Assembly (NCBI RefSeq): GCF_036321535.1
Contig: NC_087437.1
Span: 14,262,001-14,326,000, forward strand
Direction: 5' to 3'
Length of the DNA stretch: 64,000 bases
DNA from: Camelus dromedarius
Lineage: Eukaryota
In this document: positions 63,305 through 64,000 of the stretch, one piece after another
Layout of the letters: each line of letters opens with the position of its first letter
Numbering within the stretch: the stretch's first letter is position 1
Notes under the pieces: model-generated
Seen by the model: the letters and a program-made list of their open reading frames with translations, nothing else
Told to the model about the DNA's origin: nothing
Databases searched by the model: none
Position numbers and translations under genes: made by a program

Positions 63305-63785
63305 TAGACTGGGCTCCTGAAATGAGCCTTGAAATTAGAACACGTGGGGAAATTATTCACTAGGAAATGTTATTAGTAAAAATCAGTATAGAAGTGGGAC
63401 ATTGATCCAGGTAGGGAAAGGAGGCCAAGCAAGTGTGGGTGTCAAATCACGTCTTGCAGGGATTAACTTCAGCTCAATCCCAGAGAGTTTCTTTACAGGG
63501 AATGTAGATAATGACACAGATGAGGAAGGAGGAAGTAGGGGAATTTAACCCCTTCAGCTTTACTCCCACACATGTGCCTCAATAGCTGAAGGCTGTGGAG
63601 TGAGGGGGGATGTAGATTCCCAAGCACTTCCAGCTCCCACCATGGCTGGAAGAGTGGGCTCTGGAAGCCTGAGGATGCAGTTTTAAGGAGTAAAATCTAT
63701 ACCTGAAGACACTGTGGAAGAAAACGATAATGAGATTGGTAGGGATGTGAGCAAAAAACTGTAGCAAAGCTACAGGTGGTCTAGA
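63305..63785 (-). mobile_element. Old ERVL-class LTR (LTR16/LTR33-like)
   Basis: tcttagactgggctcctgaaatgagccttgaaattagaa...gaggccaagcaag...ttcccaagcacttccagc. Confidence 0.5.
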
Positions 63786-64000
63786 TAGGCTGCCCCTCAA
63801 CGTGTAGTAGCAACCCTTGTTTCTTCTAACGTTGTCGTTGGTGAATAATGTAAAATGCTTTGTATTCCCCTAAATCTGGAGGAAAGGACACTGGTAGAAG
63901 GTAGAACACAGTTTCCTTCCAACCCAGGGCTGCTTCTAGCTTTGCTAGAAGCCCTATTATCTCTGCCTGAATCATTGACTTCACATCACTGTTTTGGTGG

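Noticed and set aside
1..64000. Prokaryote-style systems (CRISPR array, operon, defence island)
   Set aside because: The sequence is mammalian repeat-rich non-coding DNA with no gene-dense ORFs or repeat-spacer arrays.

Overview
This is mammalian non-coding DNA, most likely from a camelid (alpaca, llama or camel). It has two Vic-1-type tRNA-derived SINEs and several young L1 3' ends of a camelid-like type, and I recognised no Alu, B1/B2, PRE-1, Bov-tA/BovB or carnivore SINEC elements. I found no supportable protein-coding exon, RNA gene or CRISPR array. The listed ORFs are either chance ORFs or translated transposon debris (L1 ORF1/ORF2, a mariner motif). A large part of the window is a nested mosaic of transposable elements: MIR, L2, old L1M, MaLR/ERVL LTRs, hAT elements (Charlie1a, Charlie5/MER33, MER45R/Zaphod-like, MER5A, MER20, MER103) and mariner elements (MARNA, MADE2). 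These are interleaved with repeat-free islands, a few of which look regulatory. Family names come from my recall of consensus sequences, not from a search. Boundaries are approximate unless target-site duplications (TSDs) are given. I do not see a new biological system. The best leads are an odd two-tailed L1 insertion, candidate enhancer or promoter islands, and possible non-coding micro-exons or recursive splice sites.
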